Origin: an uncultured Candidatus Saccharibacteria bacterium
GTDB taxonomy: Bacteria > Patescibacteriota > Minisyncoccia > Phycocordibacterales > GWA1-40-21
Length of the DNA: 64,000 nt
Direction of reading: 5' to 3'
NCBI GenBank assembly: GCA_964567825.1
Contig: CAZMNX010000002.1
Location: forward strand, 62,767 to 126,766
Of the stretch, positions 47,862 through 57,082 are shown in pieces. The position numbers and the translations under genes were made by a program. The notes beneath the pieces are model-generated. The model worked only from the letters and a program-made list of their open reading frames with translations. It searched no databases and was not told where the DNA came from. The first letter of the stretch is position 1; each line of letters opens with the position of its first letter.

Positions 47862-50147
47862 TTATTTCGCCACCTGAACCGCCTCCTCAAATTGAATAGA
47901 AAGTAATTTAGAAACACCGTCCATCCCCATGGTGACACCATAAATTATTCCGGCCCGAGACATAGTTTCGCGATTGTGAGTAACTAAAATAAGTTGAGAA
48001 TATTTAGATAATTCAGAAATCATATCGCCATATTTCTTAGAATTGGCTTCGTCAAGCGCCGCATCAGTTTCATCCAAGATGATAAATGGTGGCGGATTTA
48101 CCTGAGACATTGCGAACAATAAAGCAATCGAGGTCAGCGCTCGTTCACCACCCGAGAGCATCATGAGACCTTTGATTTTTTTCTTGGGTAAGTTTACTTC
48201 AATATCAATTCCCTCTTCACTTTCTTCTTCGGGCTCTTCCATCACCATTTCACCTTCGTCTTCCGTATTAATTTCCGTATCACTGCGCTTACGCTTTTTT
48301 TCTCGAATCACGTTCAATTTTGCCACTCCGCCACCAAACATTTTACTAAAGAAATCCTGAAACTGAACATTAATTTTCTCGACTCCAGCCTTAAATTCAA
48401 AAATTAATTTATCATCTAATTCCTTTATCAGAGCCAACAATGATTGTGAAGATTTAATCAAGTCTTCTAATTCTCGCGCCAAAAATTCATCACGTTCACT
48501 TACTTCTTTGTATTCCTTAAGGACTTCGTCGCCCGAACCAACACCAGCATCTTCCAAACGAATTTTAATACGTTCAATATTACGTCGACGCTCTTCTTGC
48601 TTTAATCGATCTTCAGTTGCTATCTGTTCATTACTTAAGGAAACGTTACCTTCACCAAAAACGGCGAAATCCTGATAGCGCACTGCCTCCAAGCCGACTA
48701 AAACTCCCGCTTCCGTTAATTCCTGTTTGAAATTAGCCTCATCAATTCTTAATTTCTCTTCTCGGTTATTTAAGGTGGCTAGCTTGGTATTAATTTCATT
48801 CTGCTCGGCCACGATTCTAAACAAAGCTTTTTCCGCATCACGATTCGAATCTTTTTCTTTTTCGATTTCTCCTTGTAGTTGATTATACTGCGCCAGTAAT
48901 TTTCTTTCTTCATCAGTATGTCTCACCAACTGAGTATCCGTTTCTGTTTTCTTCTTTTTCAAACCAACGATTTCTTCTTCCAATTCACGAGTTGAATCTT
49001 GATTTTCTTCGGTCTTATTTTTCTCAATAAAGTTAGCTAGAATCTCCCTAATCTTATTGAAAATATTTTTTATCTTACTGATATCCGATTCGATATTGCC
49101 CTCTTCCAATTCCAACTTAATTGATTTAGCTAAATTCTCGACAGAAGACAATTCCACCATTTTTGATTGGCTGGTTTGAGCGGCCTCTTTTTGTTTTTTA
49201 AGTAAACGATCGAGCGAGATAATTTCTCCCTCAATTCGGCCAATATCACGCATTAAAGAGTCCTTCTGACTTCGTTCCTCACGTAATTTCTTTTCTACCT
49301 CAACAATCTCGTGGCTTTTAGCATCGCGACCGGGAACTTTTTCCAAAACTTCCTTGGCTCGCCTCAATTCATCTTCCAAGGCTTTCAATTGAGCTAATGG
49401 CTCACGTTTTTCATTTTGCAAAACCTCTTTCGTGTATTTTAAATATTCCGATTCTCTTTTAAAATATTCTTGATATAAAACTTTCAAATCATTACGCATC
49501 TCGATCGTCTTTTCGATCTTTTCTACCTGCTTCTTCAAAAATTTAATATGTGGGGCAATTTCACGCCTTAATGATTCGGTCTGCTTGATATTTTCATCAG
49601 TCTTTTCCAACTTGCGGCGGCTTTCCTCTTTCTTATACTGATAGATTTTCAAGCCCAAAGCTTCCTCAATAATTTCACGGCGTTCTTTAATATTCGAATT
49701 CAAAATCTTATCCGCCTCACCCTGAGAAATAATATGATGACCAGACGCGCCGATATGAGCTGAAGCTAGAAGTTCGATAATATCTTTTAAACGCACAGCT
49801 GAACCGTTTATGAAATACTCTGAAACGGAATCACGATGCACCACTCGCTCAATCGAGACTTCATCAAAGTCCAGATTAAGCATTCTTTTGCTATTATCAA
49901 AAACCACCTTAGCCGAAGCGCGATTAGACCGTGCCGCATCCTTACCGCCGTTAAAAATCAAATCTTCTACCCTTTTACCACGCAAAGACTTAATTGATTG
50001 TTCGCCTAACACAAAACGAAAGGCCTCGGCCACATTAGATTTTCCCGAACCATTCGGGCCAACAATGGCCGAAATCGGAGTATTAAAATTTAGGACGCTT
50101 TTCTTGGCGAACGATTTAAAACCGTATATTTCAATGCTCTTAAGCAT
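47862..50147 (-). CDS. smc: SMC-family ATPase, short (761 aa)
   Basis: GFKSF, GPNGSGKSN, ISQG, LSGGE, LDETDAALD. Confidence 0.88.
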   Translation of the reverse strand: MLKSIEIYGFKSFAKKSVLNFNTPISAIVGPNGSGKSNVAEAFRFVLGEQSIKSLRGKRVEDLIFNGGKDAARSNRASAKVVFDNSKRMLNLDFDEVSIERVVHRDSVSEYFINGSAVRLKDIIELLASAHIGASGHHIISQGEADKILNSNIKERREIIEEALGLKIYQYKKEESRRKLEKTDENIKQTESLRREIAPHIKFLKKQVEKIEKTIEMRNDLKVLYQEYFKRESEYLKYTKEVLQNEKREPLAQLKALEDELRRAKEVLEKVPGRDAKSHEIVEVEKKLREERSQKDSLMRDIGRIEGEIISLDRLLKKQKEAAQTSQSKMVELSSVENLAKSIKLELEEGNIESDISKIKNIFNKIREILANFIEKNKTEENQDSTRELEEEIVGLKKKKTETDTQLVRHTDEERKLLAQYNQLQGEIEKEKDSNRDAEKALFRIVAEQNEINTKLATLNNREEKLRIDEANFKQELTEAGVLVGLEAVRYQDFAVFGEGNVSLSNEQIATEDRLKQEERRRNIERIKIRLEDAGVGSGDEVLKEYKEVSERDEFLARELEDLIKSSQSLLALIKELDDKLIFEFKAGVEKINVQFQDFFSKMFGGGVAKLNVIREKKRKRSDTEINTEDEGEMVMEEPEEESEEGIDIEVNLPKKKIKGLMMLSGGERALTSIALLFAMSQVNPPPFIILDETDAALDEANSKKYGDMISELSKYSQLILVTHNRETMSRAGIIYGVTMGMDGVSKLLSIQFEEAVQVAK

Positions 50148-50185
50148 TGCCCTATTTTAGCAGATTTTAGGCCCAATTTACAATC

Positions 50186-50533
50186 CTAGAAAGAATCTTG
50201 GGGGTCGTTATAAACCGCCCCCTTATTATGCTCATTCAAATCACTAATAAAGTTTTCAATATCTCGATCAGGGGTATCAAAGGGCATATCTTTTAATTTG
50301 CTGTCCTCCAAACCACTGCCAATAAAAAAGTGGCCCATAATAAAATCTCTAATATCGGCCTGCCATTTGTCCCTTAAAATTTTACCTATGTGGAAAACAT
50401 CCTCACTGTGCTTATCCAGCGATTCTAGATTATTACGATACATTCTAGCTTTTGCCTGAGCATGCAAAATTCTCTCTTGCTCATCTGGTGACTGATCACT
50501 AAAGACTAGTGGACTTTCACTACTTATAACCAT
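50186..50533 (-). CDS. Hypothetical protein
   Basis: 115 aa ORF in operon orientation. Confidence 0.55.
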   Translation of the reverse strand: MVISSESPLVFSDQSPDEQERILHAQAKARMYRNNLESLDKHSEDVFHIGKILRDKWQADIRDFIMGHFFIGSGLEDSKLKDMPFDTPDRDIENFISDLNEHNKGAVYNDPQDSF

Positions 50534-51231
50534 TTTTTTGTTTCCAGAGCTTTGCGGGCGGCCATTTGCTCGGCTTCTTGTTTGCTTTGGCCCTCACCCG
50601 AAGCAATTAATTCTTTGCCTAAATAAACGCCAACCGTGAATCTTTTATCATGATCCGGACCCTCTTCTTTAATTGTTTTATATTGTGGCGTGGTACTTTC
50701 CTTTTCTTGAGCTTTTTCCTGAAACTTACTCTTAGCATCAATCCAACTCTTCTCTTCGATAATCTTATCAATCAAATGGAAAATATTTTTAGAAATAAAA
50801 TATTTGGAAGCATCATAACCTTGATCTAAATAAATCGCGCCGATAATCGCCTCCATGGTATTGGCTAAAATATATTGGCGAGCCTTGCCGGTATCTTTTG
50901 TCTCACCTTTAGATAACAAAAGAAAATCATTCACTTGAATTTTCTGGGCTGCCTCCGACAGGGTGATGGCATTCACCAACGCCGCTCGATAAGCAGTTAG
51001 ATCACCCTCATTACTATCCGGATACTTTTCAAACAAATATTCCGTCACCATGAGTTCCAAAACAGCATCACCTAAAAATTCCAAGCGTTCGTTATGCGAG
51101 GACTCCATTCCCTTGTTTTCATTCAAAAATGAGCGATGAGTGAAAGCGCGTCTTAATAGCTCCTTATTCTTAAAGGTAATGCCGGAGATCTCCTCGAACT
51201 TAGCGAAATCAGGGGTGCTTTTCTTGATCAT
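50524..51231 (-). CDS. rnc: Ribonuclease III
   Basis: NERLEFLGDAVL, C-terminal dsRBD. Confidence 0.97.
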   Translation of the reverse strand: MIKKSTPDFAKFEEISGITFKNKELLRRAFTHRSFLNENKGMESSHNERLEFLGDAVLELMVTEYLFEKYPDSNEGDLTAYRAALVNAITLSEAAQKIQVNDFLLLSKGETKDTGKARQYILANTMEAIIGAIYLDQGYDASKYFISKNIFHLIDKIIEEKSWIDAKSKFQEKAQEKESTTPQYKTIKEEGPDHDKRFTVGVYLGKELIASGEGQSKQEAEQMAARKALETKKWL

Positions 51232-51244
51232 AAATCTATATTAG

Positions 51245-52153
51245 CTAGTTTTGCAGAGAAATCAAGCTCACGGCCTTAGTAATAAACGGCAAAATATCGC
51301 CGTAAGTTTTAATATCTTGGAGATCAGTTAATTTAAACCAGCGAGCTTCGTCGAGACCGCCGTTATCTTTCTCTAGAGCTAATTCTTTATAATCAGCCTT
51401 AGCTAAAAAGTAAGCTACTTGTTTACGAATTTTACCTTTCTCGGGATGATTGGCGACATACTCATTGCGACCAATTTCATCCAGCACCTGAACGTCCAGG
51501 CCTATTTCTTCTTTTATTTCTCTCTTAGTACCCTCTTGCTCATTTTCCTCAGCTTCTAATCGCCCCTTGGATAAAGTCCAATAGCCAAAAACATCATGAA
51601 CTAGAGCCAGATAATAGTGGCCATCATTTTGAGCATAAACGACGGCTCCGCCCAATCTTTCAATTGGCATTTGCTCATAAGGAATATCGGCAATAGCTTT
51701 TTTCTTTTTCGGCGAAACAGCATCTTTATCTGGCTCACCTAATTCTTTATAAACCGAGCCCAAAACTCCGTTCACAAATTTACTGCTCTTTTCACCACCA
51801 TAGTTTTTGGATAATTCGATTGCTTCATTTATAGCCACCTTAGCTGGTACTTCTTTAGAATCAGCAAAAAGTAATTCGTATAAACCGATGCGCAAAATAT
51901 TTCGATCAATAATAGAAATTTTATCTAATGGCCAATCGGGTGCCGCCTTTTCAATCACTAAATCAATTTCTTTTCTTTTCTGTAAAACACCGTTTAAGAG
52001 AGAGTTAACAAAATTATTATCAATAACATCGTTGGCAAATTCCGCCGCATTACGCAAAAGGATCTCTTCAGATTCGTTTTCTGGAGTATTTCGAAAATCA
52101 AGCTCAAAGAGAGATTGAAGGACTATGGATCTTGCAATGTGCCTATTTGCCAT
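51245..52153 (-). CDS. nusB: NusB fused to a C-terminal NUDIX domain
   Basis: RHIARS, IDRNILR, VAINEAIEL, FVNGVL; then KGRLEAEENEQEGTKREIKEEIG. Confidence 0.9.
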   Translation of the reverse strand: MANRHIARSIVLQSLFELDFRNTPENESEEILLRNAAEFANDVIDNNFVNSLLNGVLQKRKEIDLVIEKAAPDWPLDKISIIDRNILRIGLYELLFADSKEVPAKVAINEAIELSKNYGGEKSSKFVNGVLGSVYKELGEPDKDAVSPKKKKAIADIPYEQMPIERLGGAVVYAQNDGHYYLALVHDVFGYWTLSKGRLEAEENEQEGTKREIKEEIGLDVQVLDEIGRNEYVANHPEKGKIRKQVAYFLAKADYKELALEKDNGGLDEARWFKLTDLQDIKTYGDILPFITKAVSLISLQN

Positions 52154-52263
52154 TTAAATAACTGATCATTAACTTAACTGGTGAAAATTATATACTAAAC
52201 CAGACAAAAAAACAAACAATATTTAAAAATCCCCAACCATTTCTTTTGGAGGGGATTCTTAAT

Positions 52264-52491
52264 TTATTTAGTAGCTTCTTTCTTTGCTTTGAGTTTCTTC
52301 TCCGCCTTAGCAATTTTAGCACCAACATCAATGACCACTCGGCCATTGTATTTGCCGCAGTTCAAGCAAACCTTATGATTTAGTCTTTTAGTACCACAAT
52401 CTGGACAAACAGAAAGATCCGCCGCCTTTAAAGCATGATGGGATCGAACGCTCCCACGCTGGGAACGATTATGTCGCATGTGATTTACCAT
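52264..52491 (-). CDS. rpmF: 50S ribosomal protein L32
   Basis: RSHHALK, CPDCG...HKVCLNCGKYNGR. Confidence 0.93.
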   Translation of the reverse strand: MVNHMRHNRSQRGSVRSHHALKAADLSVCPDCGTKRLNHKVCLNCGKYNGRVVIDVGAKIAKAEKKLKAKKEATK

Positions 52492-52604
52492 GAGGGCTAT
52501 CTTAGCATATTAGAGATAAAAAGCAATATTCAAGCAGCTAAAGAGGCCGTCCACATTCCTGTGTCCGGCCTCTCGTCAAGAACTTCGTTCAATCCTCCTC
52601 GTGC

Positions 52605-53240
52605 TTAATCCATGAACTGAATCGGGCAATTTCCGCGACCCATCATGGCCTGCTGGCTGTGCGGATTCCGGAGAATCTCTCCGTACCGGCGCTGCACCGG
52701 CTCGAACTGTCTCGCCAGATGCTTCAGCACCCGGAAGAGAACGGCCCGATGAAAAGGCTGTCCGCGCTCGAGCATCCGCTGCCAGAGCTCGCCTGCCTCC
52801 ACAAACTCCGGAACACCCAAGAGCTCATCACCCTTTTCCCACTTCGGCTGCTTGCGCAGGCGCGAGAGACTCTCCGGGCTCAGCTTCATAACGAACACGC
52901 ACTTGTCGTGCCATTCCGCCTCCTTGTCGGCATCGCCAGGGACCCGACTCACCAGGGACGGCAGCGGTTCGCCAGCTGCATCGCGCGGACCGAGCGCTTG
53001 AATGTCGAAACCCTCCGGATTGTCCGGGGTCTCGCACAACTCACGCACGACACCGTTAGCCGCCGTCATCCAGCGGGTCTCGCCCGGTTCTCCGCCCTCC
53101 GTCGGGAATTTCCACGAACTGAATGGCTGACGGCCCGGACGATGCTTCGTATACACGAAAGCGATCATTTCGATCTCGCCGGGATTCTTACCCTTACGGA
53201 TGACCACCATGGTGGCCGCATGACTGATCTTCTCGCTCAT
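52605..53240 (-). CDS. GC-rich divergent NUDIX-like protein cassette
   Basis: WKFPTEGGEPGE...VVRELCE; TTGACA-17-TATAAT upstream; SD GGAG; hairpin ~52542-52575. Confidence 0.55.
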   Translation of the reverse strand: MSEKISHAATMVVIRKGKNPGEIEMIAFVYTKHRPGRQPFSSWKFPTEGGEPGETRWMTAANGVVRELCETPDNPEGFDIQALGPRDAAGEPLPSLVSRVPGDADKEAEWHDKCVFVMKLSPESLSRLRKQPKWEKGDELLGVPEFVEAGELWQRMLERGQPFHRAVLFRVLKHLARQFEPVQRRYGEILRNPHSQQAMMGRGNCPIQFMD

Positions 53241-53352
53241 CGCGATCTCCGATCCTCGATTGCTCGAGTGTTTCGAACGTTGTTGTCATAGGTTTACCCA
53301 CACGGGAAACCTAACCTACCTGCCACAATTATACACCCAAAGGGGTAAAATG

Positions 53353-53976
53353 TCAAGGATTTAAAAAGCGGCGACGGTGAATCGCCGAAATACCCTTACT
53401 TTTCAAAGCTTTATAATGTGCTTTAGTCCCATAACCTTTATGTTTTTCGAGGTCATAGCCGGGATACCTTTTGGCTAGCTTAATCATTAAAGTATCCCTC
53501 GTCACCTTCGCGACAATCGAAGCAAGTGCGATTGCCAGCTCCTTTTCATCACCTTTAATTATCGTCTTTTGATTTTTATACTCCGCTGGCGCTTTTAATC
53601 CCCCATCCAACAGCACCAAACATTCATTTGGTTTCTTTTCTAAATATTTTAAGGATTTACTTAATGCTCTTTTAATCGCAAAAGTTAAACCCTTTTGATC
53701 AATCACTTTATTACTTTCAAAACTGACTTTATATAAAATATTTCCCTTTTCTTTTTCAGAATTTATTTTCTCTAACCACTTCACTCGTTGCAAATGCGAC
53801 AATTTTTTCGAATCGCGAAGCTTCTTCGTCCTGAGTCTGACGAGAGGACTAAAATTACCAAAATTGTTTTTATTGAGCTTTGGTCCTAAACACAGGGCAC
53901 ACACCGCCACCGGCCCGGCCAAAGGTCCGCGCCCCACTTCGTCGATACCGATAGTATATTTAAATTTCTTAATCAT
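53353..53976 (-). CDS. rnhB: Ribonuclease HII
   Basis: GIDEVGRGPLAGPV, DSKKL, ASIVAKVTRD, KGYGT. Confidence 0.96.
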   Translation of the reverse strand: MIKKFKYTIGIDEVGRGPLAGPVAVCALCLGPKLNKNNFGNFSPLVRLRTKKLRDSKKLSHLQRVKWLEKINSEKEKGNILYKVSFESNKVIDQKGLTFAIKRALSKSLKYLEKKPNECLVLLDGGLKAPAEYKNQKTIIKGDEKELAIALASIVAKVTRDTLMIKLAKRYPGYDLEKHKGYGTKAHYKALKSKGISAIHRRRFLNP

Positions 53977-55064
53977 TAAAACTGAATGGGGCCCTGCGGA
54001 GAAAGCAATTCAACAGATTTTATAGAATCATACTGAGTAAGCGTATCCTTCAAGACTGATAATAAATGTGAACTCTCACAACTACTCAGAGAACCGATTG
54101 GCTTACCCGCCTTAGTCAAATTACTTTCCAACATGACTTTGGCTACACCGTTTACGATAGTTACTGATTTATAAGAACCATAAGTGTATAATTCTTCAGC
54201 AAAAAGAATCCTTAAGGAGGTATCGGTCACCGTGGTAGTTTTAGGAATTTTGTAAAGTGCCTTGTGAGTGACACTACAGCTATTGGTTGCGACTTGGGCT
54301 TTGTCTTGAATATACAGAATTAAATCCATAAATTCTACAGGAGTAATAGTTGGCGCCAGCTTTAGAGAATCTAAAATCTGATTCATTATCATCTCTTCTT
54401 GTGAGGGTAAAATGACACCGGGAAGGCTCAAATACTTTTGTTTATCCATGATCGCGTCACTAAGCTCGGTAATAAGTGAACGAGTAATTACCAGCGTCTG
54501 ATTAATGGAGGTAGGAAAATAATATATAAGAGAACCACAACCCTCTACTCCAACCTGAATTTTGTAACCACTTAAAGAATTAGTTTTGAAAGGATTACTG
54601 TAAACATAGCTTTCTCCTGGGGAAGCACTACTTTGTAGTAAACTGCTTAGGTTTTGATTGAAAAGTTGAAAAGAAACATTAAAATCAGTCAACCTTTCAA
54701 GGACTGTTCCATCGCCCTTAAAGTCACATGGGTCCATATGTTTAAAAGGCACTGAGTGTTCAAGCACAACTTTTCCACTAACCTGTTGCATCGAAAGTAA
54801 GGTAGGATATTCAAATTGTAAACCCGCACTATTATATTTCAAATTAGCAGCCTTGGGGCAAACAAACTCACACTTCGGTCCGCTACGACCAACATAGGAA
54901 CCATCAGGACATTGTTTAGCGTCCATGGTACAGGCAATAGGTGTATCGAAAACAGCTGGAGCCTCAGCCTTTTTATCAACAAATATATAAACTCCGCCAC
55001 CAATTATTAAAATAGCAATAATAACTACTAATAAAGAAACGATAAAACCTTTGGTATTCTTCAT
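53976..55064 (-). CDS. Membrane-anchored surface protein with Cys motif and C-terminal GerMN-like region
   Basis: KGF + TM; ACTMDAKQCPDGSYVGRSGPKCEF; TLTQYDSIKSV. Confidence 0.65.
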   Translation of the reverse strand: MKNTKGFIVSLLVVIIAILIIGGGVYIFVDKKAEAPAVFDTPIACTMDAKQCPDGSYVGRSGPKCEFVCPKAANLKYNSAGLQFEYPTLLSMQQVSGKVVLEHSVPFKHMDPCDFKGDGTVLERLTDFNVSFQLFNQNLSSLLQSSASPGESYVYSNPFKTNSLSGYKIQVGVEGCGSLIYYFPTSINQTLVITRSLITELSDAIMDKQKYLSLPGVILPSQEEMIMNQILDSLKLAPTITPVEFMDLILYIQDKAQVATNSCSVTHKALYKIPKTTTVTDTSLRILFAEELYTYGSYKSVTIVNGVAKVMLESNLTKAGKPIGSLSSCESSHLLSVLKDTLTQYDSIKSVELLSPQGPIQF

Positions 55065-55081
55065 GGCTCAATTATACGCCC

Positions 55082-55753
55082 CTATTGGTTTTTTCTCCAC
55101 TCCTCGATCTTTTTATGATTACCCGACAAAAGCACGGGTGGCACTTTATATTTCTTGCCTTTATAAATTAAGACCTCTGGGCGGGTGTACATTTCCGAAC
55201 TGGCAACTCGTTCTTCCTCGCGTGAAGCAAAATTACCGAGCACCCCTTCAATCTGCCGCGCTACGCAGTCGGCGATAATCATGGCTGGTAATTCCCCGCC
55301 GGTCAGCACAAAAGGTCCCACCGAAATTTGTTCGGCTTTGAAAATTTTAATTACACGAGAATCAACTCCTTCATATCGTCCGCAAATTATAATAATATCA
55401 TTATACTTTTTTGAAATATTTTTAGCATAAACTGTATCAAACTGTTTACCCGACGGAGACAGAAAAATAACTTTTGCTTTATTTTTAATTTTAACCTTCC
55501 TTAAAGCCGCTTCAATTGCTTTAATCATCGGCTCCGCTTGCATGACCATGCCCGGACCACCACCGTACGGTTTATCGTCCACCCGCAAATATGGTTTGGC
55601 ATTTTTCTTTTGACCAGCGGTTGGCTTTACATAGTCTCGAGGGTTATAAAAATTAAATTTAATCTTCCCCTCCTTCTGCGCCCGCGCCAAAATCGACTCA
55701 TTTAGATATGAGTCAAACATCTCGGGAAATAAAGTGATGATGTGAAAATTCAT
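55082..55753 (-). CDS. trmD: tRNA (guanine37-N1)-methyltransferase
   Basis: ITLFPEMF, DDKPYGGGPGMV, CGRYEGVD, VLTGGE. Confidence 0.97.
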   Translation of the reverse strand: MNFHIITLFPEMFDSYLNESILARAQKEGKIKFNFYNPRDYVKPTAGQKKNAKPYLRVDDKPYGGGPGMVMQAEPMIKAIEAALRKVKIKNKAKVIFLSPSGKQFDTVYAKNISKKYNDIIIICGRYEGVDSRVIKIFKAEQISVGPFVLTGGELPAMIIADCVARQIEGVLGNFASREEERVASSEMYTRPEVLIYKGKKYKVPPVLLSGNHKKIEEWRKNQ

Positions 55754-55789
55754 AATCTCAATCTATCAATTCAGACCAGCAAAGTAAAG

Positions 55790-56239
55790 CTATTTATTCT
55801 CCCAAGCGGAAACAACTGCCAAGGATTCGGCTTCCAATTCCGGAATCTGAACGATTTCAATCGGCCGAAGAAGACTCTGATTAATATCCGAAGTGTTATA
55901 GTGTCCGCCATAATATTCTGGTGATACTTTTTCTTTAGCACAAGCAAAAACTATTCTAGAAATTCCTGCCCACATCGCCGCGCCAAAACACATGAGGCAC
56001 GGTTGCATCGAAGCATACAAAGTAGCACCAGTTAAATTTCCTGAATTAATATTTTTAAAAGCATCACGGATAGAAACCATTTCACCGTGGCAGGTTGAAT
56101 CTTTGAGCAAGTTACCGACAGAAATTCCCGCACCGATAATTTTCCCGTTTTGCACCACAATCGCTCCCGCCGGAAAGCCACCAGCCGCCACCGATTCCCT
56201 GGCTTTCTCTATTGCTTTGAGTAGAAATTCTCGGTCCAT
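55790..56239 (-). CDS. Nucleoside/guanine deaminase (CDA-like zinc deaminase)
   Basis: HGE...PCLMC. Confidence 0.88.
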   Translation of the reverse strand: MDREFLLKAIEKARESVAAGGFPAGAIVVQNGKIIGAGISVGNLLKDSTCHGEMVSIRDAFKNINSGNLTGATLYASMQPCLMCFGAAMWAGISRIVFACAKEKVSPEYYGGHYNTSDINQSLLRPIEIVQIPELEAESLAVVSAWENK

Positions 56240-56312
56240 GATATATCAAATCTATCAAACTGAGCTTGGTTAGTAAAGTGACTTTACCCCTCCACCCTAG
56301 ACACTATATATT

Positions 56313-57032
56313 TTATCTAATTATCACCGACTTAAAAAAGTTTTCTTGAAAATTGGTTTGTTTTCTTATTTCTTCATCGGAAATATTATCTATTTCTTTT
56401 GGAATAATCACCAATTTATCATCGTCGTCATTGGTTCTATGAATTACGGCCACACATTTGCCTTTATAATTTTCAATAGGTTCATCAATTTCTAAAACAT
56501 AAGCGTCTAACTCTTCCCCATCCGGCGATAAGGTATTCGGAACAAAGCCATAGTTAGAATCATAAATAAAATTATGTTTAGGATGTTTTGAACCCTTCGG
56601 ACGGTCAATTTTAATTTCAACAATTTTTCCCAAGTAAGATTCGGCTTTATTTATGACTCCGGCAATCTCAAATATTAATTTACTTACCTCGTCATCTTTC
56701 TTCCAAACAACAATACTCTTTCTAAATATTTCAGCCTGAAATAAATCTGGCTTACCACCAGCAATTTCTCTTAACTTCTCAATAGATCTAATTACAATAT
56801 TATATTCCTTCCCATTATATTGATAAACATATTCTCCTTTTGTATACTTTTTTTCCACATCGATCGGTAATATAAAAAGAAGATCAATATCGGAATCTGA
56901 CCGATTAGTGCCCTTGGCAACCGAACCATACAAAATAATTGCTTTTAGGTAACCTTCAATGTCTTGGTACCACAGCTCGCTTATGATTCTTTTTTTTAGA
57001 AAATCCTTTATTAATTCTTGATACTTTTCCAC
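56313..57032 (-). CDS. Minimal nucleotidyltransferase fused to family I inorganic pyrophosphatase
   Basis: LYGSVAKG....SDIDL; NYGFVPNTLSPDGEELDAYVL...DDDDKL. Confidence 0.8.
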   Translation of the reverse strand: MEKYQELIKDFLKKRIISELWYQDIEGYLKAIILYGSVAKGTNRSDSDIDLLFILPIDVEKKYTKGEYVYQYNGKEYNIVIRSIEKLREIAGGKPDLFQAEIFRKSIVVWKKDDEVSKLIFEIAGVINKAESYLGKIVEIKIDRPKGSKHPKHNFIYDSNYGFVPNTLSPDGEELDAYVLEIDEPIENYKGKCVAVIHRTNDDDDKLVIIPKEIDNISDEEIRKQTNFQENFFKSVIIR

Positions 57033-57082
57033 CTAAAAAGTATAGCACAAACTAACTGAGTTAATGAAAAGCAGAGTGATTT

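Noticed and set aside
52659-53291. 210 aa + strand ORF
   Set aside because: Shadow of 52605..53240, which has the promoter, SD and terminator
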